51,021 nt of DNA, taken from Cyanobacteria bacterium P01_D01_bin.156 (lineage in GTDB: Bacteria > Cyanobacteriota > Cyanobacteriia > Phormidesmidales > Phormidesmidaceae). This document shows positions 36,132 through 46,141 of this stretch, in pieces (positions within the stretch are counted from its first letter, which is position 1; every line of letters starts with the position of its first letter). The notes beneath the pieces are model-generated. The model saw nothing but the letters and a program-made list of their open reading frames with translations, searched no databases and was not told the origin of the DNA. The position numbers were made by a program, and so were the translations under genes. Location of the stretch: the NCBI GenBank assembly GCA_039024555.1, contig JBCCQQ010000047.1, positions 1 to 51,021 on the forward strand, read 5' to 3'.

Positions 36132-37487
36132 TCATCTAGCACCAAGCATTGCTTCTACACGCTCACCGGTCAGACTAAAGGCGCGCACTTCAGTAATTTT
36201 AACCTCAATGATTTTGCCCTTTAAATCATTGATATTGCCTTCGCAGAATGTGAGCCTATTTGTGCGAGTACGTCCCATTACCTGTTGTGGATTTCTAGGA
36301 TTTATATCCTCAATTAACACCCGCTCTACTCGATTGCCATAGCGCTGGGACAGCTCAGCTGCCTTGATGGATACTAAATGATTGAGCCGCTGCAAGCGAT
36401 CGCTTTTAGTTGCCTCATCGAGCTGATTCTCCCAAAGGGCTGCTGGAGTATTAGGTCGGGGGGAATAGGCGGCGGTATTTAGCTGGTCAAAGCCAATGTC
36501 ATCCACTAGCTTTAGGGTACTTTCAAACTGCTCTTCCGTTTCTCCAGGGAAGCCCACAATGGCATCGGCACTGATGGCAGCATCGGGCACATAGCGCCGT
36601 ACCGTATCAATAATGCGACGATACTTTTCGTGGGTATAGCCGCGTGACATGGCCTTGAGCACATCGTTGTCACCGGACTGGAACGGAATATGGAAGTGTT
36701 CGCAAACTTTAGGTAGCTCCGCACAGGCTTTAATAAGCCGCTCCGTAAAGTAGCGGGGATGGCTAGTGGCAAAGCGAATGCGTTCGATGCCGGGCACATC
36801 ATGTACGTAGTGCAGCAGGTCCGTCAGGGTGTTCTGGCGTCGTCCCTCAGGGGTAATACCGGGCAGATCGCGGCCATAGGCATCGATATTTTGGCCCAGT
36901 AAGGTTACTTCCTTATAGCCCTGTTGGCCAATTACCTCCATTTCAGCCCGAATAGCCTCAGGGGTGCGGGACTGCTCTACACCACGTACGCCGGGCACCA
37001 CACAGTAGGTACAACGCTCATTGCAGCCGTAAATCACGTTAACCCAGGCACTGATCTTGCTATCGCGACGAGGTCGAGTAATGTCCTCCATAATATGGAC
37101 AGGCTCAGTGGCCACCACCTGGTTACCGGCGAATACCTGCTCCAGCAAATCGCCCAGACGATTAGCGTGCTGAGGGCCCATGACCAGATCCAGCTCTGGT
37201 ACCCGTCGCAGTAGCCTTTCGCCCTCTTGCTGGGCTACGCAACCTGCCACGACCAAAGTGACGTTGGGGTCAGCCTGCTTTCGCTTTGCTTGCTTACCTA
37301 AATAGGAGTACACCTTTTGCTCGGCGTTATCGCGAATTGTGCAGGTGTTATAAAGCACCACGTCAGCTTCCAAGGGATTTTCTGTCCAGTGCAATCCCAT
37401 ATCGTCCAAGATGCCTGCCATCCGCTCGGAGTCGGCCTTATTCATCTGGCAGCCGAATGTAGTGATGTGGTAATGACGGGTGTCCAT
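36132..37487 (-). CDS. miaB: tRNA-i6A37 methylthiotransferase MiaB
   Basis: 'TFGCQMN', 'NTCTIR', radical SAM 'GCNERCTYC', TRAM-like C terminus. Confidence 0.96.
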   Translation of the reverse strand: MDTRHYHITTFGCQMNKADSERMAGILDDMGLHWTENPLEADVVLYNTCTIRDNAEQKVYSYLGKQAKRKQADPNVTLVVAGCVAQQEGERLLRRVPELDLVMGPQHANRLGDLLEQVFAGNQVVATEPVHIMEDITRPRRDSKISAWVNVIYGCNERCTYCVVPGVRGVEQSRTPEAIRAEMEVIGQQGYKEVTLLGQNIDAYGRDLPGITPEGRRQNTLTDLLHYVHDVPGIERIRFATSHPRYFTERLIKACAELPKVCEHFHIPFQSGDNDVLKAMSRGYTHEKYRRIIDTVRRYVPDAAISADAIVGFPGETEEQFESTLKLVDDIGFDQLNTAAYSPRPNTPAALWENQLDEATKSDRLQRLNHLVSIKAAELSQRYGNRVERVLIEDINPRNPQQVMGRTRTNRLTFCEGNINDLKGKIIEVKITEVRAFSLTGERVEAMLGAR

Positions 37488-37531
37488 GGGGGATGCGGAA
37501 AAAATAAAACCAGTTCCCTATTGTGCCATAG

Positions 37532-39079
37532 CTACCGTGCTACGGCGACAGCACCTTGACGGCGATGGTCGCCAGCACCGTACAGTGCACCAGTATCGTC
37601 CAAGCCAACGGCATGTACACCGCCAAAGAACATGTTTTGAGCCTGCCACCAGACAGGCCGAGCATTTCCTAAAATCGCTTGGGCATGGTCATAACCCGGT
37701 TCTATGTGAAAGGTATTATTTTCCCAATGGATGCGGGGAGCCATGACCGCTGCTTCAAGGGGCATTTGAAAGTCTACCAAGTTGGAAATTACCTGCAGAA
37801 TAGCCGTACGGATGCGATTGGACCCACCGGAGCCGAGTACTAAATAGGGACGGTCATCCCGTAGCACCATGGTGGGTGCCATCATCGAAGAGATGCGCTG
37901 ATTGGGCTGCCACTGATGAAAGCCATGGGGGTTGAGGTCCTCCTCGCCGAGCATATTGTTGGCCATGATGTCGGTGCCAGGAATAACGTAGGAGGACCCT
38001 TCCCCATTGGAGGTGGTGACGCTGGCAGCATTGCCTTCGGTATCGATAACACTGAGGTGTGTGGTGCTGCCTAATTTATTGGCAATGGATTGATTGGAAC
38101 GAAGCGTTGCGATCGCAGTTGCCAGTTCCTGTCGATACTGAGACAGATGGTCGCTCGACAAAAACTGTTCAGTAACTGCGGGTTCCTGTAATCGAGCATC
38201 GTATCCATCCCGACGGGCGATATTCGTAAATCGCATCACTTGACTCAGGGCCAGTAAATGCTCTGGGCTGCCATGGGTCATCAAGTCACAATTCGCTAAC
38301 AATGCTAAGGAGCAGGCAATCAGTCCACCTCCTGCACTGGGCGGTGGATTGGTAAGCAGCTGTGTTCCGTGGTAGTCCAAGCACAGAGGCTCTCGTTCAA
38401 TCACCTGATAGTGGTCAAAGTCTGCCTTGGTCAAATACCCACCCTGGGTTTTGGTTAGATTTTCCGATATCTCCTCCCAGAAAAGCTCTATACCCCCCTC
38501 TACTAGTCGTTCCAAAGACGTTGCAAACGCTGGCATATGCAACCTTTCTCCAGCTTTTAACAGTTCCCCTGCTGGGGCATAGATGGAGCTAGCCTCCTTG
38601 GTTGCCAGTAAAATAGGCTGCAGCAGTCGATAAACATAAGCTAAAAAATCATTGATAACGACTCCATGGCGAGCCAAATAGACAGCCGGTGCGACTACCT
38701 GCTTTAGCGGTAACCGACCTAAGCGGTGATGCACATGCGCCAGTCCCTTAAGCACCCCCGGAACGGCCACAGCTCCTAACCCAATGTGAAACTCTTGGAC
38801 CGTATCGCCAAAGTCGGCATGGATGGGATAAAAATCCAACGCGTGGGACAACGCTTTATTAACGGGAGTTTGGGTAAAAAAGTCATACAGTACCGAATCG
38901 TGTCCTGCGGTATGGGCCATTAAAAAACCGCCCCCTGCCAGTGACGTCAATACCGATTCCGTCACACAAGATGCCAGCACGCCAGCCACCGCTGCGTCAA
39001 AAGCATTTCCTCCTTGATTTAACACTTCAACAGCAGCAGCAGCCGTCTGCTGATGACCTGCCGCAACGACTCCACCCAT
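37532..39079 (-). CDS. ggt: Gamma-glutamyltransferase family protein
   Basis: 'GGNAFDAAVA', 'GGGF', 'PPPSAGG', nucleophile 'STTHLS', 'SSMMAPT', 'GSGGSNRI'. Confidence 0.88.
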   Translation of the reverse strand: MGGVVAAGHQQTAAAAVEVLNQGGNAFDAAVAGVLASCVTESVLTSLAGGGFLMAHTAGHDSVLYDFFTQTPVNKALSHALDFYPIHADFGDTVQEFHIGLGAVAVPGVLKGLAHVHHRLGRLPLKQVVAPAVYLARHGVVINDFLAYVYRLLQPILLATKEASSIYAPAGELLKAGERLHMPAFATSLERLVEGGIELFWEEISENLTKTQGGYLTKADFDHYQVIEREPLCLDYHGTQLLTNPPPSAGGGLIACSLALLANCDLMTHGSPEHLLALSQVMRFTNIARRDGYDARLQEPAVTEQFLSSDHLSQYRQELATAIATLRSNQSIANKLGSTTHLSVIDTEGNAASVTTSNGEGSSYVIPGTDIMANNMLGEEDLNPHGFHQWQPNQRISSMMAPTMVLRDDRPYLVLGSGGSNRIRTAILQVISNLVDFQMPLEAAVMAPRIHWENNTFHIEPGYDHAQAILGNARPVWWQAQNMFFGGVHAVGLDDTGALYGAGDHRRQGAVAVAR

Positions 39080-39568
39080 CGTTTCTCCCTCTAAAAAGTT
39101 TATCTAAGGAGATAAGCATACACTCTCAAAGAGTGTTAACTTTGGTCTCTAAACAACGTAAGGCCAACAAGGTGATCTATATTGTCATTGAAGCGAAATA
39201 CATCGCTTCCCTGGCAGATTGAACAGCTAGAGAAACAAAGACAAGAGGTAACGCTGTTGTATAGTCTGTCTCGTCTAAACCAACACCCAGCAGGTCAAGC
39301 TGATCCATCCTATCGTTGTTAGATTGGGAGCTATGCTAACAGGGTTTAGTAAGATGCTCAAAGGGCAATTGCTACACTCCAGATTGTATCTCCAAGTCTT
39401 CTTGAGACAAGTGTAAGGATGTTCTTCAGGAAGATTGCTGGGTGTTGTACTTTTAAAGGGTTTTCTTTAAAGGACTATTTCATTGCTGTGCCGGTGGTGA
39501 ATCAAGTCGTTCATTAATAAGCTACCTGCGACTGAATTTATGCTAAGAAGCAGCGATCCTAGAGTTGT

Positions 39569-42500
39569 TTAAGACTGTTTTTGATCGGTTATTTGGGCCA
39601 GGCTAGAGCAGGTTTTTGTGTAATCTTCTTTTGTGCCAAAAAACTGATCCCATTCTTCGGTGGTGAGATTACGGGTTAAGCGTCGACAGCTTTCTTCAAT
39701 TAAATTATCAATTTCAATAGGTAAAATTTGGGCTGTGTTACCACTCTGCGTCAACAGTTGGTTGCCATCAGCACTCAGATGTACGCTATCGACAGCTTCT
39801 GTGTGAGGAATGCGAGCAATTTCCAGGATTTGCTGTTGCTCCCAATCTGCTAAAGCCTGTTCGGGGTCCCGTTCTTCAACAGCGGCTAAATCCCATACCC
39901 GTGCTGTCTTATCAACACTACCCGTGGCTAAATAGCGGCCATTATTGCCAAAACTAACCGCTATTACTGCATCTTCATGAATAATGGGATCCAGTTCTAT
40001 TTGCTTTTGCAGGTCCCATATCTTGACCGTTTTATCTGAGCTACCGGTGGCTATGTAGCGGTTATTGCGGCTAAAGCTGAGAGCATTGATAGGTCCCTCG
40101 TGCACGATACGGAAGGGTTCGTCGCCACCTGTCTCTAAGTCCCACACCCTAGCTACGTTGTCATTGCTCCCAGTGGCTAGATAACGACCGTCAGAGCTAA
40201 ATCCCACATCTGTGACCTCTCCTTCATGGATAAAGCTGCCTATCTGCTTAGCCTCATTGACATCCCATAGAATGGCCATATTGTTGGTACCACCAATCGC
40301 AACATACTGATTGTCAGGACTCAAACTGAGGCTAACAATATCTGCATCGTAGGGAATACTAGAAATCTTTTGCTGTGATTGCCATTCCCAGATTGTTAAT
40401 GTGTTATCTAAGCTGCTTGTGGCAAGATAGCGGTCATCTTGTATGTTGAACACCACGTTTTTGACGGGGTGCTCATGAACCATTTGAGCAATAACTTGTT
40501 TATCCTGTAAATTCCAAACCCTTGCAACCTTGTCGCCACTGGCAGTCGCTAGATGGAGCTTGTCAAAGCTGAAGTCGATATTCTCAATATTGTTATGGGT
40601 GATGCGGGGTTTTTCTTGATTGCTTTCTAGGTCCCATACCCGTGCTGTCTTATCTTCGCTACCCGTAACAATATAGCGTCCATCACGGCTAAAGTTCACG
40701 TGGATGATGGCCTTTTCATGAACGATACGGGCCACCTCGCGGTTGTTGTCTAAATCCCAAACTTGTGCCGTATTATCACTACTGCCGGTAGCCAGATAGC
40801 GGCCATTTGCACTAAAGCTAAAGTCTTCCACATTGCCTGTATGAGCGATACGTGCGGCTTCTTTATTACCCTTGAGATCCCAAGCTCTCATACTCTTAGT
40901 GCCTTCACTTCGGGTTGCAAGATACTTGCTGTTGGGGCTAAATCTAAGATCTATGACCTTATTGTCATTGTCGATACGAAGCGCTTCTTTACCCTGCCGT
41001 AAATTCCATACAATTACCGTCTTTTCCTGACTGACCGTGGCTAAATAAACACCATCTGGGCTAAAGCTAACGCCCTCTACTGCATTCTTGTGGCTAATGG
41101 TTTCACGATTTCTTTGTAGGTCCCAGACTCTAAACGTATCACTGGTCTTACGATTAGCAACGTAGAGACTGTCAGGGCTAAACCGAATATCTGCCACAGC
41201 ATCTGCATGACTGATGACAGAATGTCGATTTTCATTCAATGCTTGAATTCTGATTTCTCTGTTATTTAAACGATAGGCAAAATTACGGTCATTTGGGCTA
41301 AAGCGCACATCATAGTTCTGCCCATAGTACGAGATGTTGTTGTGAGTAACCTGTTTTGTCTTCAGATTCCATAGAGTGACTTTTTTGCCACTGTGCAGAA
41401 GCGCAAGGTACGTATTATTGGGGCTAAACATAACCTTCTCAACATTGTTCCACGTAGGAAACTCTTTGACTTTTTGTTTGGTATTTAGCTCCCATAAGCT
41501 AACGGTATTGTTATCACTACGAGCAGCCATGTAGCTACCGTTGGGGCTAAACTTAACTTCTTGCAGAGTACTCTCTTGGGGAGTATAGTAAGTGACTGCT
41601 TGATTCTCCTCAAGAGACCATAGGTCTACGCCTTGACCACCACTACGACTTATAAAATATTGATTGTTGGGGCTAAAGCTAATTTCTTTGGAGCTAAAGT
41701 CTTGTACGAGCTGATTTTTTTGTAAATCCCAGAGTTTCCCGGTATTGTCATCACTGCGGGTAGCTAGATAGCGCCCATCATTACTAAAGATGGCTTCCTC
41801 AACAGCTTCCTCATGAACGACAGCAGATGTTTGGGGGGGTAACAGCGCCAAGCTACTGTATAGGATATGACTGGCTTCCCCAGTAGAGGCTTTTCTATCC
41901 TGCAGTCCTTTCATCGCGGCGGTTGCTAACAGGAGTCCTTTGTCTAGGTCCTGTTGGGTAAATTGCCGAGAACGTGTGATAATCCGCTGATATTTTGCGA
42001 TCGCATTCAAATCAGAAATTTTATTTTGGGCACGTTGGAGGTTCTGCAGATTTTGATTGGCTTGGTCATAGAGCCTAAATGCGGTTGCCCCTGCCCCCAC
42101 TGCCATGACTAGCAGACTGCCTAACACAGCAATGGTGACCCGCTGGCGATTGTTCGTGGCTCGACGGGCCGCTACGGAGGCAGAGACATAATCTATTTGA
42201 GACTTAGTGGGTTGAGGTTCCTGGCTAGCACTCGATTTAATTAACCACTGAGCCGCCTGTTCTAAAACTCGGCCTCGTAATAGCAAACCATTGTCTCGAC
42301 TGCTTTTTTCCCATCTAATCGCCTGCGTGAGTAAGGTGGCATGAGCTTGCCAGTACTCTAAATCAATATCAATACTCTTAACGAGGTCGATAAACTTGGC
42401 CCGAAAGTCGTCCTTAGTTCGAAAGTAAATCCAGTTGAGTTTGGCCAGCGCCGGATGCACTTCATCAGCTTTTACATCGCGGCGCACAATGGGAATCAAC

Positions 42501-42751
42501 CGCTTGTTATTTTTGACAGCATGGTCAATTTCCTTACGACAGACTTTGGACGCCACCGAGTCAGGGCTCAAAATAAAGATAAAGGTATGGGCGGTTTCGA
42601 TGCCAGCTTCTATCTCTTTCCACCAGTCTGCGGTAAGCGGGATATTCTGCCAATCTACCCAAGTGTCATACTTACTCCGTATTAGGGCCGCATCAAGGGT
42701 GCGTACAAATTCTGTATCCTTGCGGGAATAGGAGATGAATAAATCAGCCAT
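39569..42751 (-). CDS. TIR domain - TM helix - WD40 repeat protein
   Basis: 'FISYSRKD...WVD...ILSPDSVASKVCRKEI' TIR; 'LLRG..L..A..WL' helical region; hydrophobic 'VTIAVLGSLLVMAVGAGATAF'; more than a dozen FS.DG.YLAT/VWD repeats. Confidence 0.9.
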   Translation of the reverse strand: MADLFISYSRKDTEFVRTLDAALIRSKYDTWVDWQNIPLTADWWKEIEAGIETAHTFIFILSPDSVASKVCRKEIDHAVKNNKRLIPIVRRDVKADEVHPALAKLNWIYFRTKDDFRAKFIDLVKSIDIDLEYWQAHATLLTQAIRWEKSSRDNGLLLRGRVLEQAAQWLIKSSASQEPQPTKSQIDYVSASVAARRATNNRQRVTIAVLGSLLVMAVGAGATAFRLYDQANQNLQNLQRAQNKISDLNAIAKYQRIITRSRQFTQQDLDKGLLLATAAMKGLQDRKASTGEASHILYSSLALLPPQTSAVVHEEAVEEAIFSNDGRYLATRSDDNTGKLWDLQKNQLVQDFSSKEISFSPNNQYFISRSGGQGVDLWSLEENQAVTYYTPQESTLQEVKFSPNGSYMAARSDNNTVSLWELNTKQKVKEFPTWNNVEKVMFSPNNTYLALLHSGKKVTLWNLKTKQVTHNNISYYGQNYDVRFSPNDRNFAYRLNNREIRIQALNENRHSVISHADAVADIRFSPDSLYVANRKTSDTFRVWDLQRNRETISHKNAVEGVSFSPDGVYLATVSQEKTVIVWNLRQGKEALRIDNDNKVIDLRFSPNSKYLATRSEGTKSMRAWDLKGNKEAARIAHTGNVEDFSFSANGRYLATGSSDNTAQVWDLDNNREVARIVHEKAIIHVNFSRDGRYIVTGSEDKTARVWDLESNQEKPRITHNNIENIDFSFDKLHLATASGDKVARVWNLQDKQVIAQMVHEHPVKNVVFNIQDDRYLATSSLDNTLTIWEWQSQQKISSIPYDADIVSLSLSPDNQYVAIGGTNNMAILWDVNEAKQIGSFIHEGEVTDVGFSSDGRYLATGSNDNVARVWDLETGGDEPFRIVHEGPINALSFSRNNRYIATGSSDKTVKIWDLQKQIELDPIIHEDAVIAVSFGNNGRYLATGSVDKTARVWDLAAVEERDPEQALADWEQQQILEIARIPHTEAVDSVHLSADGNQLLTQSGNTAQILPIEIDNLIEESCRRLTRNLTTEEWDQFFGTKEDYTKTCSSLAQITDQKQS

Positions 42752-43001
42752 GGATAAATTACTTTAGATGCAAATGAGGTTGGTTCTAACACCTGAACAG
42801 GAACTTAGAAGCCGCAGAAACAACAGAACCTATTACGTTATTCACGATTTTAAGTAGAGTTACAGACGCGAATAAATAACCTAGACAAAACTACAAACCC
42901 CGCTGCTCCTAAACTAGGATTTTCGTGGCTATAAACTGTAGGTTCGCTCCGTAAAACTATGGGGTATCCCCATAAAGTGGAATGATTTTCCCTGGAAACT
43001 A

Positions 43002-43077
43002 GAGTTAGGAATTCGGAAGTCAGAATTCGGAGTGCTTTCCCCTTCTGACTTCCTAACTCCAAATTCCGAATTCCAAA
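43002..43077. repeat. STRR-like heptameric repeats in inverted arrangement
   Basis: GAGTTAG/GAATTCG/GAAGTCAG/AATTCGG followed by complementary TTCTGACTTC/CTAACTC/TTCCGAATTCC. Confidence 0.6.
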
Positions 43078-43153
43078 TTAAGCCCCACCTGAGATCTCTC
43101 AATTTATGCTGTTGCCCCGTTAAAATTGTTCCAGTTGAGGCAAGGGATGTAAC

Positions 43154-43921
43154 ATGGCGATCATCGCACTCAAGGCTTGGTATCTGCAGAATTATGAGCC
43201 TATTCGGGAGCTAGAAAAGCGCCCCCACGATCTGCGTTTAGCCAAAAACAGCCTGCTCAAGTCGGCACTGCGGGCCGATTTCTTAGATGATGTTGCCGAT
43301 GTTCGTGAAGCGGAATGGTTTCAACGCTATCTAGAAGGGGATACGGTGGAGTTTTACATTGAGGGCAGTGGTACCTATGCGATCGCAAATATTGACATCA
43401 CAAGCCACGAAATTTACTTTGCCAAAGCCGACTCCCTAGCCAATCTCGATCCGGTTATTTTCCTCTGTTATCAAGAGGAGTATCCGGACTCCAGTGACTT
43501 GTTGCAAACCACGTTAGAAACCTATATCGAAAAGCTAAATCGTCGGTCTCGTCTGCCTATTGAACTGGTTGAATCCCATCGCCTCAGTCAGGGGGCTGTC
43601 CGGTTGAATAGTACGTTGATGCGTCATATTCGGCGCAGTTTGTTGTTTATTGCCGATGCCACACCCATCCTAGAAACAGACAGTGATTTACCCAGTTTGA
43701 TCCCTAACCCAGCTGTCTGTGTTGAACTGGGGTACGCCTTGAGCAGCAAACGTCACGAGCAGATTATTGTTGCGCAGATGGAACGGGATGACCTGCCGGG
43801 GCAGTTTCCCTTTGACATTGCCGCTCAGCACAAGCTGGAGTTTACCAACAAGTCCAGTTTGCAAAAGACATTGCCTAAGTTACTGGATGCCAAACTACAG
43901 CGATTTAACTTGGTGAGCTAG
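43154..43921 (+). CDS. Conserved cyanobacterial hypothetical protein with C-terminal deoxyribosyltransferase/TIR-like Rossmannoid domain
   Basis: 'IFLCYQ...LFIADATP...PNPAVCVELGYAL...FPFD'. Confidence 0.65.
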   Translation: MAIIALKAWYLQNYEPIRELEKRPHDLRLAKNSLLKSALRADFLDDVADVREAEWFQRYLEGDTVEFYIEGSGTYAIANIDITSHEIYFAKADSLANLDPVIFLCYQEEYPDSSDLLQTTLETYIEKLNRRSRLPIELVESHRLSQGAVRLNSTLMRHIRRSLLFIADATPILETDSDLPSLIPNPAVCVELGYALSSKRHEQIIVAQMERDDLPGQFPFDIAAQHKLEFTNKSSLQKTLPKLLDAKLQRFNLVS

Positions 43922-44714
43922 CGGGCTGCGATCTCAGCTCCAGATCGTAGCGATACAGAGCTACCGGTTGATCTAGCGCCTTAAAGTAATCCGGGTCCTG
44001 GGGGGATAAATACACTGCCGTGATCTGATCTGCCGTAACACGATCCGACTCACGGTGATAGGCTGTCGTATTTTCCACCTCATTTAAGTACACCGTGGGG
44101 CGTCCACCGCGAAAAAACTGTTGAAAAACCTCAGTGGTGATAAATGTATTCTCGTTCGGTTGTTCTACACTGCGCCCAGTCACGGTTGAAACCAACTGCT
44201 GCCGATCTTTAAGGAACGTAATCTGCCGATTAGGATTTTCTGGGTCCACCTTGACCGCCTTCACCCAGTCGTCGCCTAAGTAGGCCCTGGCGAGACTGAG
44301 CCCGTTAAAAGCCCGATCCGAAACCACACCCTCCGTTGTTTTTAGGGGCTGATTAAGAAATTTACCTTGGGCCACCCGAGCGGTTTGAAAGCGAATATCA
44401 GCAACGATGGGCTCATCTAGAAACTGGCGATTTCCCTCAAACCCAGGTGTGACCACATCGGGAGCTAGGGGAGCGACCATTTCCTGTAGGGTAGAGCTCA
44501 TTTCCCAGGTGCCCTTCATCCAGCTGGGATACACCAGATCACCTTCAGACGGCTGAACCGGTGGCTTGCTAGACCAATCCGGAAAGGCAGATACTCGTTC
44601 TGCCAGCGGGCTGGCTACGGCTTCACCACTGCATAGCAGCCAGACCAGCGCTAGCAGCGTGACCCACACAAGCTTTCGTTTTAGCTGCCGTCGCTTTGAG
44701 AAAAAACGCGCCAT
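43905..44714 (-). CDS. Exported hypothetical protein (DUF6816-like)
   Basis: Signal peptide; 'DLVYPSWMKGTW', 'DRAFN', 'YLSPQDPDYF'. ATG 44714 (ORF is open to 44732). Confidence 0.65.
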   Translation of the reverse strand: MARFFSKRRQLKRKLVWVTLLALVWLLCSGEAVASPLAERVSAFPDWSSKPPVQPSEGDLVYPSWMKGTWEMSSTLQEMVAPLAPDVVTPGFEGNRQFLDEPIVADIRFQTARVAQGKFLNQPLKTTEGVVSDRAFNGLSLARAYLGDDWVKAVKVDPENPNRQITFLKDRQQLVSTVTGRSVEQPNENTFITTEVFQQFFRGGRPTVYLNEVENTTAYHRESDRVTADQITAVYLSPQDPDYFKALDQPVALYRYDLELRSQPASSPS

Positions 44715-44776
44715 GGTTGCTTCCGTTACCACAAGCTCAGTGTAAGCCGAGTTGTGAAATCAGCAACTGCAAAGTT

Positions 44777-45121
44777 TTAAGGATTAGCTTCACTGCCATG
44801 ATCCATACCACCGTGGTCCATTTCACCATGGTCCATGCCACCGTGCCCCATGCCGCTATGGTCCATCATCAGTTCCATACTGGTCGGGCCTGCGGCCTTG
44901 ATACCCATAGAAACCAAACCCGATGTAAGCAGTCCCATGGACACCAGCCCTGTAGACAGAACTCCCATGGAAATGACACCGATGGAAATAATGCCGTGGG
45001 AAATGACGCCGATGGAAATAATACCGTGGGCAGATACGCCAACTGCGATAAAGCCGTGGGCACCAATACCCATGGAAAAGAACTTTCTTTTTTTGGGAGC
45101 TTCTAAAGATTGTGAGGTCAT
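44777..45121 (-). CDS. Small Gly-pentad repeat protein with His/Met-rich tail
   Basis: 13 GXXXX repeats followed by MDHSG-MGHGG-MDHGE-MDHGG-MDHGS; 15/30-bp periodicity at DNA level. ATG 45121. Confidence 0.75.
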   Translation of the reverse strand: MTSQSLEAPKKRKFFSMGIGAHGFIAVGVSAHGIISIGVISHGIISIGVISMGVLSTGLVSMGLLTSGLVSMGIKAAGPTSMELMMDHSGMGHGGMDHGEMDHGGMDHGSEANP

Positions 45122-45229
45122 AGAACTGTCTATCACGGAGCGGCCTATAAGAATGCCCCAGCGATAGTAAAGGGCTGGCTAAGACCCTGTCAAAAGACAG
45201 GCTGTCATAGAAGCTGTAGGCCTTACGGG

Positions 45230-46063
45230 CTAACCTTTTACACCGCTGCTGATTTCGTTGGGGACGATGTAGCGCTGCATCACCACAAAGAAAAGCAGGA
45301 TGGGGGCCGTGGCAATGACTGACCCCGCTGCAATCAATCGCCAATCGAGGGAGAAACTACCGGCCAAGCGGGCCACACCTAACGGCAGGGTGTAATACTC
45401 AGGGCGATTGAGCACCAGCAATGGCCAGAGAAAGTCGCTCCAGGAGCCGATAAATACAAAAATGGCCAGAGTTACCAGGGCCGGACGCACCGATGGGATC
45501 ATAATGTGCCACCAAATACCCAGCTCGGAGCAGCCATCGATGCGGGAGGCTTCTTCTAGTTCTTTAGGCACATTTTGAAAGGCCTGACGCATCAGAAAAA
45601 TGCCAAATGCGGAGGCAATGGATGGAAAGATGACGCCGAGATAACTGTTGGTAAGGCCCAGCCGTACCGTCAGGATGTACAGCGGGATCATGACAATCTG
45701 AAACGGAATCAGAATCGTGGCCACAATCAAAGAGAAGATCAGTTCTCGACCACGAAAGGTAAGTCTTGCTAAAGGATACGCCGCTAGAGAACAAAACAAA
45801 AGATTGAGAACTACGGTGATAACGGCTACCAGGGTACTGTTGATGAAATAGCGACCAAAGGGCTCAGCCTGCCAAACTTTAATGAAGTTGCTAAAGGTGG
45901 GCTCCTGGGGCAAAAAGCGTGGGGGAAACTCGAAAATATTTTCGGTTCCAGATTTAAAGGCGGTGCTAACCAGCCACAGCAGCGGTAAGAGCATTGCGAT
46001 CGCAACCCCCGCCAACAACGCATACATTAATGCAATTTCCCACCATCGCTTTTGTTTCAACAT
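45230..46063 (-). CDS. Carbohydrate ABC transporter permease (MalG/LacG type)
   Basis: EAA motif 'ELEEASRIDGCS', 'AAYPLARL', 'SSGVKG'. Confidence 0.92.
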   Translation of the reverse strand: MLKQKRWWEIALMYALLAGVAIAMLLPLLWLVSTAFKSGTENIFEFPPRFLPQEPTFSNFIKVWQAEPFGRYFINSTLVAVITVVLNLLFCSLAAYPLARLTFRGRELIFSLIVATILIPFQIVMIPLYILTVRLGLTNSYLGVIFPSIASAFGIFLMRQAFQNVPKELEEASRIDGCSELGIWWHIMIPSVRPALVTLAIFVFIGSWSDFLWPLLVLNRPEYYTLPLGVARLAGSFSLDWRLIAAGSVIATAPILLFFVVMQRYIVPNEISSGVKG

Positions 46064-46141
46064 GGCGTTTATATCCGCAACATCTCTATAGGAGGCAGAT
46101 GTTGAACCTACCTCCTGGAAGCTTATTATCCCATTGGCCCG

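Noticed and set aside
39700..41800. Regularly recurring GGCTAAA / TCCCA DNA motifs, considered as a CRISPR-like array
   Set aside because: Fully explained by WD40 repeat coding (FSP/FSR, WD); no identical repeat-spacer structure and no cas genes.
44696..45344. Several overlapping repetitive ORFs in other frames (44696-45106 +, 44835-45167 +, 44856-45344 -, 44869-45066 -)
   Set aside because: Shadows of the periodic 44777-45121 gene, which is co-directional with its neighbours and has the most coherent pattern.
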